Origin: Chloroflexota bacterium
GTDB taxonomy: Bacteria; Chloroflexota; Limnocylindria; Limnocylindrales; CSP1-4
Length of the DNA stretch: 64,000 nucleotides
Reading direction: 5' to 3'
NCBI GenBank assembly: GCA_025935925.1
Contig: JAICUI010000011.1
Coordinates: 2,676 to 66,675 of the forward strand
This document shows, piece by piece, positions 63,204-64,000 of this stretch. Position 1 is the first letter of the stretch. Each line of letters starts with the position of its first letter. The position numbers and the translations under genes are program-made. The notes under the pieces are model-generated. The model was not told the origin of the DNA. It saw only the letters and a list, made by a program, of their open reading frames with translations, and did not search any database.

Positions 63204-64000
63204 TTACGCGGGCTGCGGCGAAGGATTGGGCGCGGGCGCCGGGCCCGGGCCGGTGGACGTGCCGCCGTCGGTGCCGGGGGCGATGACGCGCGGAATGCCC
63301 ACGTTGCGCTCCGGCTTCGGCGGCAGGTCGTCGAACAGCTTCTCGAACTCCGGCGAGTCGACCGTCTCCTCGGCGACGAGCTTCTCCGCGAGCCGGTCGA
63401 GCCGGTCGCGGTGGGTCGTCAGGACCTCCGTTGCCCGTTCGTAGGCCCGGTCGATGATCGCGCGGACCTCCTCGTCGATGACCCTCGCGACGTCCTCCGA
63501 GAAGTTGCGCTGCTCGCCGATCTCCCGGCCGAGGAACACGAGCTCGTCACGCTTCCCGAAGGACAGCGGCCCGAGCTTGTCGCTCATGCCGAACTCGGTG
63601 ACCATTCGCCGCGCGAGGTCGGTCGCTTTCTCGATGTCGTTCGAGGCGCCCGTGGTCGTGTCGCCGAACACGAGCCGCTCCGCGACGTTGCCGCCCAGCA
63701 GACCCGCGATCTTGTCCTCGAACTCGGTCTTGGACTGCAGGTAGCGGTCCTCGGTCGGCAGCGCCATCGTGTAGCCGAGGGCCATGCCGCGCGAGATGAC
63801 GGTGACCTTCGCGACCGGATCGCACTTGGGCAGGATCCGCTGCACGACGGCGTGACCGCCCTCGTGGTACGCGATGATCCGCTTCTCCTCGTCGGAGATG
63901 ACGCGGGACTTGCGCTCCGGGCCGGCGACGATGCGCTCGAGGGCCTCGGAGAACTCGTTCATCCCGATGACCTTCTTGTTGCGCCGCGCGGAGAGGATCG
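63204..64000 (-). CDS. ftsH: ATP-dependent zinc metalloprotease FtsH, C-terminal part (gene continues beyond the right edge)
   Basis: AYHEGGHAVV (HEXXH zinc site), ISRGMALGYT, and FGDTTTGASNDIEKAT. Upstream of the track's Met, the reading frame continues (..ILSARRNKKVIGMNEF..) to the window edge. Confidence 0.93.
   Translation of the reverse strand, partial: ILSARRNKKVIGMNEFSEALERIVAGPERKSRVISDEEKRIIAYHEGGHAVVQRILPKCDPVAKVTVISRGMALGYTMALPTEDRYLQSKTEFEDKIAGLLGGNVAERLVFGDTTTGASNDIEKATDLARRMVTEFGMSDKLGPLSFGKRDELVFLGREIGEQRNFSEDVARVIDEEVRAIIDRAYERATEVLTTHRDRLDRLAEKLVAEETVDSPEFEKLFDDLPPKPERNVGIPRVIAPGTDGGTSTGPGPAPAPNPSPQPA

Overview
This is a very GC-rich, almost fully coding bacterial chromosomal segment. 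The cell-wall genes are of the Gram-positive type. The lineage cannot be fixed from the sequence alone and looks Actinomycetota- or Chloroflexota-like. I support about 55 CDS, mostly housekeeping.

Gene content, in order along the window:
- alaS (5' end only) and a BMP-type ABC permease.
- A cysteine desulfurase-mnmA operon, a four-repeat YbaY-like surface protein, and typA.
- A 4-gene MacB/FtsX-type ABC transporter with two ~1000-aa permeases.
- aspS, a nucleoside hydrolase, an SDR/SRPBCC/FAD-oxidase/DUF1365/Cfa lipid-modification cluster, and hisS.
- A MerR-MFS pair.
- A ~19-kb co-directional minus-strand array: REC-ParA fusion, comM, dprA, a Big/CAP protein, a hypothetical protein, topA, xerC, murJ, two FemAB genes, murE, a DUF2993-like gene and rel.
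- An NfeD/SPFH/hydrolase set, NUDIX-tyrA, an orphan LuxR-type response regulator, trpB2, thpR, ppa, a DnaB-C-terminal-domain-only ATPase, an M20 peptidase, and ftsH (3' part).

I found no rRNA, tRNA, CRISPR array, transposase or prophage genes. The many long R/P/G/A-rich ORFs in the track are antisense or out-of-frame artefacts of high GC content.

I cannot point to a clear-cut new system. The leads that known families explain least well are:
1. Two diverged tandem copies of a ~254-bp non-coding module (1503-2000). They have conserved blocks and terminal inverted repeats, and sit in a lower-GC pocket next to an atypical small ORF.
2. An in-frame 75-nt segment after the stop of the DnaB-like ATPase that re-encodes the same C-terminal EERLYND peptide. 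A ~490-bp gene-free stretch follows it.
3. The translationally coupled two-ATPase/two-giant-permease ABC machine. One of its ATPases carries an AbrB-like C-terminal extension.
4. A receiver-ParA/MinD fusion that lacks the P-loop lysine, immediately upstream of comM-dprA.
5. A possible furan/methyl fatty-acid cluster.

All calls come from reading the translations by eye. No searches were run.
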